Part shown: positions 6,441 to 16,509 of the stretch, one piece after another
How positions within the stretch are numbered: position 1 is the stretch's first letter
How the letters are laid out: every line of letters begins with the position of its first letter
Virus record (IMG/VR): IMGVR_UViG_3300016263_000565
Coordinates: 1 to 39,927 of that record
DNA from: a virus
Taxonomy: Duplodnaviria; Caudoviricetes
Reading direction: 5' to 3' (one strand)
Length of the DNA stretch: 39,927 bases
Translations under genes and position numbers: made by a program
Notes under the pieces: model-generated
Seen by the model: the letters and a program-made list of their open reading frames with translations, nothing else
Database searches by the model: none
Told to the model about the DNA's origin: nothing

Positions 6441-9109
6441 TGGCTAAGTTTACAGTTAACAAGGCAATTGACATTCTTTGGAATGATCTATACCTAAAGG
6501 GTCCTGCTGGAACCGTATTCACGATTCCAGACGCATACTATGATGAGTTTGTCACTGAGGTAACACACTCGGATCCTGCGTATACATGGATCTCAACAAA
6601 TGAAGACGCGGATCTTAACGCAAGGATTGACTGGTTGTACGCAAATGGTCTGCCGACGACGAATACCATTCAGGTTGGAACCACGACTACTGGTGCGGCT
6701 GGCACAAACGCGTCTGTAACCAATAGCGGAACGACCAGCAACGCGGTATTTAACTTCACAATTCCTCGTGGCGATACTGGTGCTACTGGCGCTACTGGGG
6801 CAACTGGCGCAACAGGCGCTACTGGGGCTACTGGGGCTACTGGAGCAACTGGCGCACAGGGTCCAAGAGGATATGATGGCTATCCAGGCGCTGCTGCAAC
6901 TATCGCAGCAGGAACAACCACGACGGTTGACCCAGGAGTAAACGCAGATGTAACAAATGTCGGCACATCATCGGCTGCGGTGTTTGACTTTAAGATTCCC
7001 CGCGGTGTGCAGGGAGCAGTAGGACCGTCAAACGTTCTTTCTATCGGAACTGTTTCGTCTGGATCTAGCCCCTCTGCGACAATTACTGGAACATCTCCAG
7101 CACAGGTTCTCAATCTCGTTCTTGAGAAGGGAGATAAGGGGGATACTGGTGCGGGATTGGACATTAAGGGAACTGTTGCTACCAGTGGAGATCTCCCTGC
7201 ATCTGGGAATACCACTGGAGATGGCTATATTGTTAGCGCAAACGGTCATCTTTACATTTGGCAAGGCTCTTCTTGGCAAGATGTTGGACCGATTGTCGGA
7301 CCGCAGGGTCCGACTGGCGCAACTGGTGCCACTGGAGCAACGGGCGCGACTGGCGCAACGGGTGCGACTGGTCCAAGTGGCGTTGTGTCGGTTACGTCGC
7401 CTATTACAAATAGCGGTACGTCAACTGCCGCGAACATTGGGATCAGTGTTGGAACGACAAATGGTACAGTTGCTGCTGGAGACCACAACCATTTAAATGC
7501 AGAAGCAACTATTGTTCATCAGTATGTTAAGAATGACACTACCGCAAAGGTAAAGGGAGATGTTGTCTACATTTCAAGCGCGGATGGGACAAATCCTATC
7601 GTTTCGTTTGCAGATGCAGACAATGAATCAACGTCTAGCAAGACTCTTGGGTTGCTTGAGCAGAGCCTTTCGTCAAATGCATTCGGATACGTCATTACGG
7701 AAGGAATTCTTTCTGGTATTGATACTAGTGCTGCGGCAGCAGAAGGTCAGGCTGTCTGGCTATCCAGCACTGCTGGGAAGTTTGTGTTTGGGTCGCCGCC
7801 ATCAGAGCCAGCACACAGCGTATACCTTGGAGTGGTTACGAAGAAAAACGCCAACACGGGAGAAATCTTCGTCAAGGTTCAGAACGGATACGAAATCGCG
7901 GAACTTCATGACGTAAGCATCTCGTCACTGGCAGACGGAGATATTATCCAATACGTCTCTGGGTCTGGCAATCAATGGAGAAATAAGACGATTGATAGTG
8001 CTGGCATCGTAGCGAAGTCTGGCTCAACTATGACTGGCGCGTTGACGCTAAACGCCAATCCGACCAACGACCTACACGCGGCGACAAAGCAATATGTTGA
8101 TAACGTAATATCAAACATCAACTTCCATCAGGCTGTTGATATTGCAACGACTGCAGATCTCAGCGCGACGTACAGCAACGGAACATCTGGAGTTGGCGCA
8201 ACACTTACAAATAATGGGACTCAGGCTGCGCTTACAATTGATGGCGTGTCTGCCACCGTCGGCAACAGGGTGCTTGTAAAGAATCAAACTACAAGTCTAC
8301 AGAACGGCATATACACAGTAACTAATATCGGATCTGGGTCAACAAACTGGGTGCTAACCCGCGCAACAGATTCCGACAACAGCCCAAGCGGAGAGTTGGC
8401 GTACGGAGACTTCTGCCTCGTTCTTCAGGGAACGAACGAAGGATACGGATTCATCAATACGTCATCTGATAATCCAATTGTCATCGGAACATCTGGCGTA
8501 ACGTACACACCGTTTAACGCAGGAAAGGCAGTATCTGCTGGAAACGGTCTGCAAGAAGCAACTCCAGGAGTTATATCAATTGATACGTCAATTACTCAGA
8601 CAAGAGTGGCGAATGTGTCTGACACAGAAATTGGATATCTTGATGGCGTAACGTCCGCAATTCAAACGCAAATTGATGGGAAGGCTGCAACGTCGCATAC
8701 GCACGCTCTTTCTGCACTAACGCAAAGCGGTGCCGCTACTGGTCAGGTTGCACAATGGGACGGGTCTTCGTGGGTTCCAGCAACTCAATCTATTCTCCTT
8801 ACACTCAATCCTCAGACAGCAAGTTATACCCTTGCAACGTCTGACGCTGGCAAGATGGTTGAAGTTAGTTCAACGTCGGCAACAACCGTGACAGTTGGAA
8901 CTGGTCTTAACAGCCTAGCGGCTGGATCTCAGATTCATATTCTTCAGACCAACACTGGTCAGGTCACTATTGCTGGATCTTCAGTAACGGTAAATGCGAC
9001 CCCAGGTCTCAAACTTCGCGCTCAATGGTCTGCGGCGACTCTAGTAAAGAGAACCGCAGCAAACGTCACTCCTGGGGTGTGGGTCGCATTTGGAGACATC
9101 ACAAACTAA
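6440..9109 (+). CDS. collagen-repeat tail fibre/receptor-binding protein
   Basis: (G-A-T)n collagen tracts; repeated ..VTN.GT...AVF.F.IPRG modules; HAATKQYVD and RVLVKNQT...NGIY motifs; C-terminal LRAQWSAATL domain typical of phage fibres. Confidence 0.8.
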   Translation: MAKFTVNKAIDILWNDLYLKGPAGTVFTIPDAYYDEFVTEVTHSDPAYTWISTNEDADLNARIDWLYANGLPTTNTIQVGTTTTGAAGTNASVTNSGTTSNAVFNFTIPRGDTGATGATGATGATGATGATGATGATGAQGPRGYDGYPGAAATIAAGTTTTVDPGVNADVTNVGTSSAAVFDFKIPRGVQGAVGPSNVLSIGTVSSGSSPSATITGTSPAQVLNLVLEKGDKGDTGAGLDIKGTVATSGDLPASGNTTGDGYIVSANGHLYIWQGSSWQDVGPIVGPQGPTGATGATGATGATGATGATGPSGVVSVTSPITNSGTSTAANIGISVGTTNGTVAAGDHNHLNAEATIVHQYVKNDTTAKVKGDVVYISSADGTNPIVSFADADNESTSSKTLGLLEQSLSSNAFGYVITEGILSGIDTSAAAAEGQAVWLSSTAGKFVFGSPPSEPAHSVYLGVVTKKNANTGEIFVKVQNGYEIAELHDVSISSLADGDIIQYVSGSGNQWRNKTIDSAGIVAKSGSTMTGALTLNANPTNDLHAATKQYVDNVISNINFHQAVDIATTADLSATYSNGTSGVGATLTNNGTQAALTIDGVSATVGNRVLVKNQTTSLQNGIYTVTNIGSGSTNWVLTRATDSDNSPSGELAYGDFCLVLQGTNEGYGFINTSSDNPIVIGTSGVTYTPFNAGKAVSAGNGLQEATPGVISIDTSITQTRVANVSDTEIGYLDGVTSAIQTQIDGKAATSHTHALSALTQSGAATGQVAQWDGSSWVPATQSILLTLNPQTASYTLATSDAGKMVEVSSTSATTVTVGTGLNSLAAGSQIHILQTNTGQVTIAGSSVTVNATPGLKLRAQWSAATLVKRTAANVTPGVWVAFGDITN
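6770..6889 (+). repeat. collagen Gly-X-Y coding repeat 1
   Basis: Degenerate 9-nt GGN-GCW-ACW tandem units. Confidence 0.85.
7298..7381 (+). repeat. collagen Gly-X-Y coding repeat 2
   Basis: GPQGPT(GAT)nGPSG. Confidence 0.85.
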
Positions 9110-9909
9110 TGATTGGGATAGCCGCATCGCAAGTTAGACCTCAGGGGCAGCAGGAATTTACAACAACGGGATCAGGTACGTTTACAGTTCCAGCACGCGT
9201 ATTTTCTGTTTCTGTTGTTTGCGTTGGCGGCGGAGGTGGCGGAGGATATACTACTGGAGGCGGAAATGGAGGAGGAGGCGGCGGACTTGGCTATAAAAAC
9301 AATTTGGCTGTAACTCCTCTTGCATCTATATCACTATCAGTTGGAACTGGTGGAGGCGCTAACGCAGCAGTAGCGGCAAGCAACGGTTCAGAAAGTTGGT
9401 TCTCTGCAAATACAACTGTTAGTGGAAAAGGAGCCACCGCATCGGCTGGAGGATCATATGTTGGAGATGGCGGAGGAACTGGCGGCGCTGGGGGAATTGG
9501 AACAACTGATGGGAGTGGAGGTGGCGGCGCTGGCGGATATGCTGGTAATGGTGGAAAAGGTGGAATTGCTCCGAATCCATGGAGCGGATCAAACGGTCCA
9601 ACTGATGGCGCTGGCGGAGGAGGGGCTGGCGGAGGAACGTCAGAGAGTACAGGAACTGGAAGTGGAGGCGGCGTTGGTCTTCTGGGGCAGGGATCAAACG
9701 GAATTGCCTCAACTGTAACAAACGATGGCGGTCCAGGCGGCGCAGGATCTGGCGGAAGTGGGAAACTGTATGGCGGTGGCGGTTCTGGAGCCGACTCATC
9801 TACGGCTTCAGCAGAAGGCGCTGGAGGGCAGGGGGCAGTTCGTGTCATCTGGGGATTTGTACAAGATAGCAAAAGAGCATTTCCATCAACTGGAGCAGGA
9901 AACGTATGA
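9109..9909 (+). CDS. glycine-rich-domain virion/fibre-associated protein
   Basis: Start moved to ATG at 9109 (TAATG overlap); FTVPA..VSVVCVGGGGGGG ... GGQGAVRVIW pattern of phage Gly-rich domains. Confidence 0.75.
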   Translation: MIGIAASQVRPQGQQEFTTTGSGTFTVPARVFSVSVVCVGGGGGGGYTTGGGNGGGGGGLGYKNNLAVTPLASISLSVGTGGGANAAVAASNGSESWFSANTTVSGKGATASAGGSYVGDGGGTGGAGGIGTTDGSGGGGAGGYAGNGGKGGIAPNPWSGSNGPTDGAGGGGAGGGTSESTGTGSGGGVGLLGQGSNGIASTVTNDGGPGGAGSGGSGKLYGGGGSGADSSTASAEGAGGQGAVRVIWGFVQDSKRAFPSTGAGNV

Positions 9910-10475
9910 AATTAAAGATTAGATCCCAACTTCCATATGTTGAAAAAGGCGGCATTCTAGACGACTGCGGACCGTCATCATCTGCATGCGCAGCGTCGTG
10001 GGTACTCGGAGTTGATATTACGGCAAAGCAAGGCATTGATGCAAAGGTTGTGGCAACTGGACGACCAGACCTACCAGGAGTTCCAGACAATGCCACATCA
10101 ATGGCAGAGATCATCAAGATCGTCAAGGTGCTTGGCGCTAAGGGCAGGTGGGCTAGAGACTGGCAAGATGTCGTTGATAGTCTGCGAAATGGCGCTGCCA
10201 TTGTTATCAACGTAGACGCAGCCAAGAACTATCCTCCGCAAGCAATTAGCGCGTGGCACAAGAGGTACGTCGGTCGTCATCCGCGAGCAACCTATGGGCA
10301 CATGGTCGCTGCATCTTGGTGTGCGGATCATGGCTTCCAATTTGCAGATCCTACGTTTACTGGTGTTGGCAAAGAGAAATTTGCTGTCGTTGTCACGGAG
10401 AAAGAACTCAAGGCTATTGCCTCAAGCAAGGGGGATGCACCTGCTGCCCGCTGCATCATCGTGAAAAATGGCTGA
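9906..10475 (+). CDS. C39-like (papain-fold) cysteine peptidase, candidate endolysin
   Basis: Q (RSQL), C (DCGPSS), H (YGHMV) and D (FADP) in the catalytic order of C39-like peptidases. Confidence 0.7.
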   Translation: MKLKIRSQLPYVEKGGILDDCGPSSSACAASWVLGVDITAKQGIDAKVVATGRPDLPGVPDNATSMAEIIKIVKVLGAKGRWARDWQDVVDSLRNGAAIVINVDAAKNYPPQAISAWHKRYVGRHPRATYGHMVAASWCADHGFQFADPTFTGVGKEKFAVVVTEKELKAIASSKGDAPAARCIIVKNG

Positions 10476-10947
10476 ACTAGCCCCAGTCCTCACGGGCTGT
10501 CACGCTTGCCGATCTCCACTTGTAGAAAGCATCAACAAGAAGATCAAAGAGGGCGTGCCCGATCTACGGATCTCAGAGTGGCTCAAGGAGAACGGAGCCT
10601 ACATCAGCCGTGTAACAATCGGCAGGCACAAGCGCGACCACCTCATGGAAAAGCACGAGAAGGCTCGGGCTGAGGCGGTCAAGGTTCTTAAGAACCAGCA
10701 GAAGACGCTCAAGGCGGACGGCGACCTAGCGACCCTTGTTCGCAATCAAGTCAACCTAATGCTTGAGGATGGTATAATCATGCCCACGCTATCAGAGGGT
10801 CTGAGGGCGCAGGAGATCATTGATCGGCGGAACGAAAAGTCTACCGACCGCGACCTCACAATTATGTTGGCACAAGTTCTTGGCGGTGTAGCAGTCATTG
10901 AAGGGACTGCAAAAGAAGTAGTAATGGAGATTGCAGATGGCTCCTAA
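10468..10947 (+). CDS. Zn-finger/HTH protein, putative terminase small subunit
   Basis: CHAC...RHKRDH metal-binding pattern around an HTH-like segment, helical C-terminus, upstream of TerL. Confidence 0.5.
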   Translation: MAELAPVLTGCHACRSPLVESINKKIKEGVPDLRISEWLKENGAYISRVTIGRHKRDHLMEKHEKARAEAVKVLKNQQKTLKADGDLATLVRNQVNLMLEDGIIMPTLSEGLRAQEIIDRRNEKSTDRDLTIMLAQVLGGVAVIEGTAKEVVMEIADGS

Positions 10948-11548
10948 GAAGCGTCGTGTATCAGTTGCACGTTTGAGCAAATTTCAACCGATGAGTCCAT
11001 ATAAGAAAGTTCTTCGCAGTAAGGAAACTGTTGCTGGAATTGTTGCGCGAGAGGGTGCGCGCAGAGAAGGCAAGAAGGCTGCCGTTGCAATTGCCAAGGC
11101 TCGGGCTGCGAAAGCAAAAAAGGCTCCACTGACTCAAGAGGCTAAAAGACTTCACCGACAATCTCAAAGTCTTTGGGGCGGACAGAGAACAATTCTTTCA
11201 CATGCAGAGAATAAAAACTTTACAAAGCGCACTGGCATTAGAAGCAGGCTATATCTTGGCATGCATGCATCAGAGCGCAAACTTATGAAGAATGATCCAA
11301 GCAATCTAGCGCTTGCCCAGGCTGCCGAACTTCGCAAGAAGCAGGAAGTATTGCGTGGAGAATCAAAGAGTTTCGCACGTAGGTCTGGTGGTCACGCAAC
11401 TGCTATGAAGCGTAATGCCGAGGCTGGAATTGCGCACATTGCTCGCGGTCGGGCAATGAAGGGTATGGCACGAGTAAGTGGAGTATTGGGAATCGCATCG
11501 TTGTTTGCTCAGCACCTTGCTGGCGGAAAGGACAAGAAAAATGGTTAA
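10937..11548 (+). CDS. highly basic hypothetical protein (MAPKKRR...)
   Basis: GGAG then ATG at 10937; K/R/A-rich; hydrophobic C-terminal helix. Confidence 0.65.
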   Translation: MAPKKRRVSVARLSKFQPMSPYKKVLRSKETVAGIVAREGARREGKKAAVAIAKARAAKAKKAPLTQEAKRLHRQSQSLWGGQRTILSHAENKNFTKRTGIRSRLYLGMHASERKLMKNDPSNLALAQAAELRKKQEVLRGESKSFARRSGGHATAMKRNAEAGIAHIARGRAMKGMARVSGVLGIASLFAQHLAGGKDKKNG

Positions 11549-12134
11549 GAAGGCAAAGCGTAATTTGACACGTCGTCGTAAGGATGGGAATATTGATCCT
11601 CGTCTCGTAGCACTTGCTGGAGCCGCTGGCGCTGTCGCTGGCAGGGGAATTGCAAGGGCAAGAACTAATGCCGCTGTAAAGAAGGATGTTGCTAACGCTG
11701 TTGCATACCATGCAACCACCCTTAATAACGAATATGGGACTGCTGTAAAGAATTCTGCTAAGGACATGTATAGGCTGGCATATCAGGGAATGCCTCGCGT
11801 GGATGAAGCAAAGATGGCAGTTGCAAAGCGTATTCGGGGCGAGATGAAATCAAATAAGCCGATGACGTTTAAGGATATGGATAGGGCAAACATCTCCGCA
11901 GCAAAGAAGGCTGGTCTTTCTGGTAAGGAAATTTCAAAGGTTACTGCAAAGAGGAATGCACGTCTTGGATCGTTTGATTATCCAACTGAACGATATATGA
12001 GAGAGGCTTCTAAGATTAGGTCATCTGGACCTGTAACGCGTGCTGGACGACGTGGCGCTGCGGCTGGCGCACTTAGTGCTGCAGCAGTTGCTACGATTGT
12101 GCAGGCTGTTCTTAAGGAACTTAACAAGAAGTAA
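11541..12134 (+). CDS. highly basic hypothetical protein (MVKKAKR...)
   Basis: Start at 11541 overlapping the previous stop; Ala/Gly hydrophobic segments near both ends. Confidence 0.65.
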   Translation: MVKKAKRNLTRRRKDGNIDPRLVALAGAAGAVAGRGIARARTNAAVKKDVANAVAYHATTLNNEYGTAVKNSAKDMYRLAYQGMPRVDEAKMAVAKRIRGEMKSNKPMTFKDMDRANISAAKKAGLSGKEISKVTAKRNARLGSFDYPTERYMREASKIRSSGPVTRAGRRGAAAGALSAAAVATIVQAVLKELNKK

Positions 12135-12150
12135 TCCTTAAGGAGGGCAA

Positions 12151-12591
12151 ATGACCAAGAGGGACAAGGCTAAGGCTTATATTGCCGACGCTGCCGAACG
12201 TCTGAATCTAAAGCAGTGGACGATTGTTGTGTCAGACAATCTTCCGCCAGATGATGCGTACGCTGACGTTGAAGCATCAACAAACCTTTGGCAGGCTACG
12301 ATTAGGCTGTCTGAGGATTTCTGGAAGGAGAAGCCAGAAAGCCAACGACGCATTGTTGCCCATGAGTTGATTCATCTGCACTACGCTGGAGTTGAAAGAC
12401 TAGTCAATCAACTAGAGTCTTCTCTTGGATCTATTGCATTTGATATTGTTGACAGCATCTGGGATGTCGAATCTGAGCGCGGAGCAGACTCGTTGTCGGT
12501 TCCGCTGGCAGAAGTTCTCCCAATGCCAGAATTTACTGAGGATGTAGATGGCAGCAAAGAAACCAGCAAAACTCGCAAGCGGAAAGCCTAG
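12151..12591 (+). CDS. HExxH zinc-metallopeptidase-like protein
   Basis: AAGGAGG SD; VAHELIHLH motif and downstream E..AD. Confidence 0.65.
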   Translation: MTKRDKAKAYIADAAERLNLKQWTIVVSDNLPPDDAYADVEASTNLWQATIRLSEDFWKEKPESQRRIVAHELIHLHYAGVERLVNQLESSLGSIAFDIVDSIWDVESERGADSLSVPLAEVLPMPEFTEDVDGSKETSKTRKRKA

Positions 12592-12742
12592 TCAAGTCTT
12601 CTGGACTCCCAAACAGTGCGCTGTTTGCAAGAGAAAGATTGATACGATGAAGGAGGCAGAACGTGTACTATCTAAGGTGTTTAGTGGAGCGCGTGCTTCA
12701 ACTAATTTCATATGGAGGCATAAGGTAGGTTGCAATGCCTAA
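12548..12742 (+). CDS. small basic CxxC protein
   Basis: GAGG SD; CAVC...HKVGC. Confidence 0.55.
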   Translation: MAAKKPAKLASGKPSQVFWTPKQCAVCKRKIDTMKEAERVLSKVFSGARASTNFIWRHKVGCNA

Positions 12743-13034
12743 GACACCCGCATGGACTCGCAAAGAAGGTAAGAACCCAGCAGGCGGACTAAATGCCAAG
12801 GGACGTGCATCGTACAAGGGCGGCACGCTAAAGGCTCCAGTCAAGTCTGGAGATAATCCACGACGCGCATCATTCCTAGCCCGTATGGGCGGAATGCCTG
12901 GACCAGAGTACGACGCCAAGGGTCGCCCGACTCGTCTGCTACTGAGTCTTCGCGCATGGGGCGCAAGCAGCAAGGCTGACGCAAAGAGAAAGGCTGCAGC
13001 CATCTCCGCAAGGAATAAGAGCAGGAGTGCCTAA
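12735..13034 (+). CDS. DUF6321-like small basic phage protein
   Basis: AWTRKEGKNPAGGLNAKGRASY...LKAP...RRASFLARM signature. Confidence 0.75.
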   Translation: MPKTPAWTRKEGKNPAGGLNAKGRASYKGGTLKAPVKSGDNPRRASFLARMGGMPGPEYDAKGRPTRLLLSLRAWGASSKADAKRKAAAISARNKSRSA

Positions 13035-14511
13035 TCTCCTAGAAGATCTTCAGGCTGGTCGCCAAGATCCAGTATTCTTTGCCGAAAGATTTCTCGGCAT
13101 CAGAATGAATCCTGGACAGCAACGGTGGGCGCTTGCATGTGTTGAGCGAGCAGACAACGGATGGTCTCCAAAATACCTAACGACTGTTGTAAGCGCTGGC
13201 AATCGCGCTGGCAAGACACTTGCAATGGCACTCGTGATATTCCACTCTGCCTTCTACAAACTGGGAATTAAGCCTCCGAATCCTGGCGACAAGGATGATG
13301 CGCTCCGCTGGCTCAAGGAGCCATACGAGTGGTATCATATTGGTATTCAACAGGAAACGGCGGAACTTGTCTACCGCGAGTTGTCTATGATTACGCAAGG
13401 AATCCATCCAGCGCAAAAGGGTCGCAAGGCTCCGCTGATGCAAGAACTTGGCAAGATTGTTACAATGGACAAGAAGTACCGAGGGGAGTACCTTTGGTTT
13501 CAGTTTAACAAGGCGGTCGGAGGGGCGAACATCCACTTTAGAACGACGCAGGATAAAGCCAAGGCACTTCTCGGCAAGGACATGAATGGGATTTCGTTTG
13601 ACGAGGCTGCCTTTGATCAGCACCTCATGGTTATCTACCAAGAAGTCCTTAACCTCCGACGACTTTCTACTGGCGGGCAACTTCACTTTATCTCTACTCC
13701 TACCGAAGGAATTAACGATTACGCTGATCTCTGGGAACTCGGCAACCCAGACAACCCCAACAGGGACGAACAGTTCATCTCCTACCGTATGTCCACTAGG
13801 GATAACATTGGCTATGGTCTATCTCAGGACAACTTTGATTCTATCATACGCCAACAGGTTGAATACCTCATACCACAAAATATAGATGGATACTTCATTG
13901 AGGCTAGGGAGGCGTACTTTAATGCCGAACAGGTTGACAAGGCATTTGACCCGAATATGACTGATGAGGAAGAGCCAGCCAAGGCGCATAGGTACGTTCA
14001 GGGTTGCGACCCAGCCGTGGCATCCGATGCTACATGGTCTGTTGTGCTAGACTATACCAACAGATCAGCCGTCAGGGGGGTCAGGACAAGGAAGAAATCT
14101 GGAAGGCAAACCCTTACCAGCCTAGTAAATATGCTTCGTGAATCTCACTTGTTGTATAATCAGGGTAGTCATTGTACCACCATTGTAGATAGTACTGGAT
14201 TTGGTGGTAAAATGTTTATGCAAGAGTTAAGTATCATTAAGCCTCTAAGACAGGTAGACTTCTCTGGTACAAAGGCAAAGAAACTTGAGATCCTCTCCGA
14301 CCTCAAGGCAATGATTGATAAAGAAATGATCAAGTTCCCCAAGAGGGGTATATGGCTAGAACTTAGGAGACAACTGTTGGGGTATAAACTTGATGACAAG
14401 AAACTGGAAACGGATGCGGTTATGGCACTTGCTGTGGCTGTGCGTCACGCGGCTCGGTCCGCTGGCACGGTAGTGGAAGATGCTAAGTTTAGTTACTTTG
14501 GTGAGGTCTAA
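13027..14511 (+). CDS. terL: terminase large subunit
   Basis: Walker A AGNRAGKT, Walker B ISFDEAA, coupling motif STP, nuclease acidic motifs GCDPA..SD and DAVMALA. Confidence 0.92.
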   Translation: MPNLLEDLQAGRQDPVFFAERFLGIRMNPGQQRWALACVERADNGWSPKYLTTVVSAGNRAGKTLAMALVIFHSAFYKLGIKPPNPGDKDDALRWLKEPYEWYHIGIQQETAELVYRELSMITQGIHPAQKGRKAPLMQELGKIVTMDKKYRGEYLWFQFNKAVGGANIHFRTTQDKAKALLGKDMNGISFDEAAFDQHLMVIYQEVLNLRRLSTGGQLHFISTPTEGINDYADLWELGNPDNPNRDEQFISYRMSTRDNIGYGLSQDNFDSIIRQQVEYLIPQNIDGYFIEAREAYFNAEQVDKAFDPNMTDEEEPAKAHRYVQGCDPAVASDATWSVVLDYTNRSAVRGVRTRKKSGRQTLTSLVNMLRESHLLYNQGSHCTTIVDSTGFGGKMFMQELSIIKPLRQVDFSGTKAKKLEILSDLKAMIDKEMIKFPKRGIWLELRRQLLGYKLDDKKLETDAVMALAVAVRHAARSAGTVVEDAKFSYFGEV

Positions 14512-16508
14512 TGGCTAAGGCGCGACAAGTACCTACGTTCCAGACAAGCGATCCGAATACGCTTGATACCGCAAAGCGTGGTGCTGCACTTATCCAGACC
14601 GTAACCTCTGGATCATCTGCATCCGCAAAAGCGTTTGCCCCGAAACTCAGTGATGCAGACCAAAAGTTTGTAAAGTTTGCCAAGACAACCAACGATCAGT
14701 CTGTAGCCGAAAAGTTTCAAGAAATCCTTGAGCGTAAGGCATCGGTTGAATCCGAGAACGCCCGACGTAGGCAGTTGTTCAGGAGATTTGATAACTTCTT
14801 TCACCCACGAACAATAACCGCTGGCGGTGCTGACCACTGGTCGGAAGATCCATCTGCGCGACTTGGCGGCAGGGTGCATGTGTCGGTTAACACTCACGCG
14901 TCATATGTCACGATTCCAGCAACACTTCAGGCTGTACGTCCAGTCATCAACTATGTGCCGACTGGATCAAAGCGAGAAGACCGCCTAGAGTCCGCTGCAA
15001 GAGAGAAACTCTTCTTCCGATGGTGGGAAGAGGCTGAGATGGATATCGTCATGGAGGACGCTGCTCTTTACAAGGCTCTCTATGGAGATACTGCCGCAAA
15101 AGTGTACTACGACGAAGATGACGGAATGCCAGTCGTTGACGTTATTGCATCTCCAGAAAATCTTTATCTCGGCTATGGAGCATCAGACTATACCGAGATT
15201 GATTGGGCGCTGTATCACTATGGTCTCTCGCCCCGTGAGGCAATGGAAGAGTTTGGGGTTGACATTGTACCCGTAAAGGATGGAAACGAGTACTACCCAT
15301 ACGTTAATTCTGGAGACCATAGCGATCCGCTCATGACTGCATGGGCAGCGAGCGCAGAGCGAACAGTTGACCGACGCGATACAGCATACGAAAGAATGCA
15401 GGTATCGGTGTATGACTACTGGTACAAGAAGAGTGACGGCAAGGGCAAAGAAACTGTATATAACTGCGTCTTTGTCGGGAACAAACTGGTCATGGAGAAA
15501 GAGCATCCAGAGTACGAAGGCGAACTCCCGTATATCCCACTAATCAACTCAAGGATCCCTGGGTCTCCGTATGGAAAGCCAGAACTCTACGATGTTGAGC
15601 AACTATTGCGTGAGAAGGATGAGCGTATTACAAATCAAGCGCAATTCATTCAGCAAATTGTTGGCGGTCAGATGTTCCAGTTGGTTGGACAGGACGCACC
15701 AGAGGAGGTCCCGTCAAATGCCGTACCAAAGCCAGGACGCATCGCAGCGCCTGGTGCTGGAAACCGAATTGAGGCAATCCAGCCGTTCCTCCCAAATATT
15801 CAGATTGAGCAGTACAATCAACGCATTGACCGAGAACTTGCCGTCGTGTCTGGGTTGAACGATCTGCTGCTGGGCGTTGCCCCATCAAGCGTTCTTGGCT
15901 CGTCAAAGGCTATCGCATCCTTGATTGCAAACTATGAGCAGCGCATTGCGGCAAAGAGGAAGTTGTTCTACAAGTGGATCAAGGATGTGTGGAAGATGGC
16001 GGCAAAGGTATGGTCGTACAATAATTCAGATGTCCGCATGATTATCGGCAGGGAATACCGACTTGAGATTACTCCTCCAGAGTTGACACCGCGAGATACA
16101 CTTGAACTTGCGAATACTGCAATTAGCCTTGTTCAAAATCGTATCTGGTCTGCGGAACGCGCAATGGATCGCGTCGGTGTTGATGATCCTAATAACGAGA
16201 AGGATGTTATCCGAGACGAGCAGACAGACGCAACCATTAACCCAGCGGCAGTTGCGACAATGGCAAACGTCATCTCATCGTTCCAGCAACTTGGGATGCA
16301 GCCGCCACAGAGCGCTGCTTCTCAGTTTGGCATGCAGCAGTCTGCGGCGATGGAGGCTATGCGAGGGCAAAACCCATCTCCTATGGGCAGCGAGTCGCTT
16401 AACGAGCCAGGTCTTCTTCCGCCAGGAGCGGCAGAATCTCAGCCAGAGAACATGGGTGAGGGCGCGGCAGCCCAGACCCCAGAGCAACTAATGAACCAAG
16501 GAGCGTAG
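14511..16508 (+). CDS. portal protein
   Basis: 665 aa directly after TerL; ELPYIP...GSPYG and SAERAMDRVGVDDP..E portal-like motifs; Q/M/P-rich tail. Confidence 0.85.
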   Translation: MAKARQVPTFQTSDPNTLDTAKRGAALIQTVTSGSSASAKAFAPKLSDADQKFVKFAKTTNDQSVAEKFQEILERKASVESENARRRQLFRRFDNFFHPRTITAGGADHWSEDPSARLGGRVHVSVNTHASYVTIPATLQAVRPVINYVPTGSKREDRLESAAREKLFFRWWEEAEMDIVMEDAALYKALYGDTAAKVYYDEDDGMPVVDVIASPENLYLGYGASDYTEIDWALYHYGLSPREAMEEFGVDIVPVKDGNEYYPYVNSGDHSDPLMTAWAASAERTVDRRDTAYERMQVSVYDYWYKKSDGKGKETVYNCVFVGNKLVMEKEHPEYEGELPYIPLINSRIPGSPYGKPELYDVEQLLREKDERITNQAQFIQQIVGGQMFQLVGQDAPEEVPSNAVPKPGRIAAPGAGNRIEAIQPFLPNIQIEQYNQRIDRELAVVSGLNDLLLGVAPSSVLGSSKAIASLIANYEQRIAAKRKLFYKWIKDVWKMAAKVWSYNNSDVRMIIGREYRLEITPPELTPRDTLELANTAISLVQNRIWSAERAMDRVGVDDPNNEKDVIRDEQTDATINPAAVATMANVISSFQQLGMQPPQSAASQFGMQQSAAMEAMRGQNPSPMGSESLNEPGLLPPGAAESQPENMGEGAAAQTPEQLMNQGA

Positions 16509-16509
16509 T

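Noticed and set aside
6440-9909. Diversity-generating retroelement acting on the fibre
   Set aside because: No reverse transcriptase and no template/variable repeat pair seen
4325-11548. Several proteins ending in KNG or DGS as a shared motif
   Set aside because: Artefact of overlap with the next gene's ATGG start
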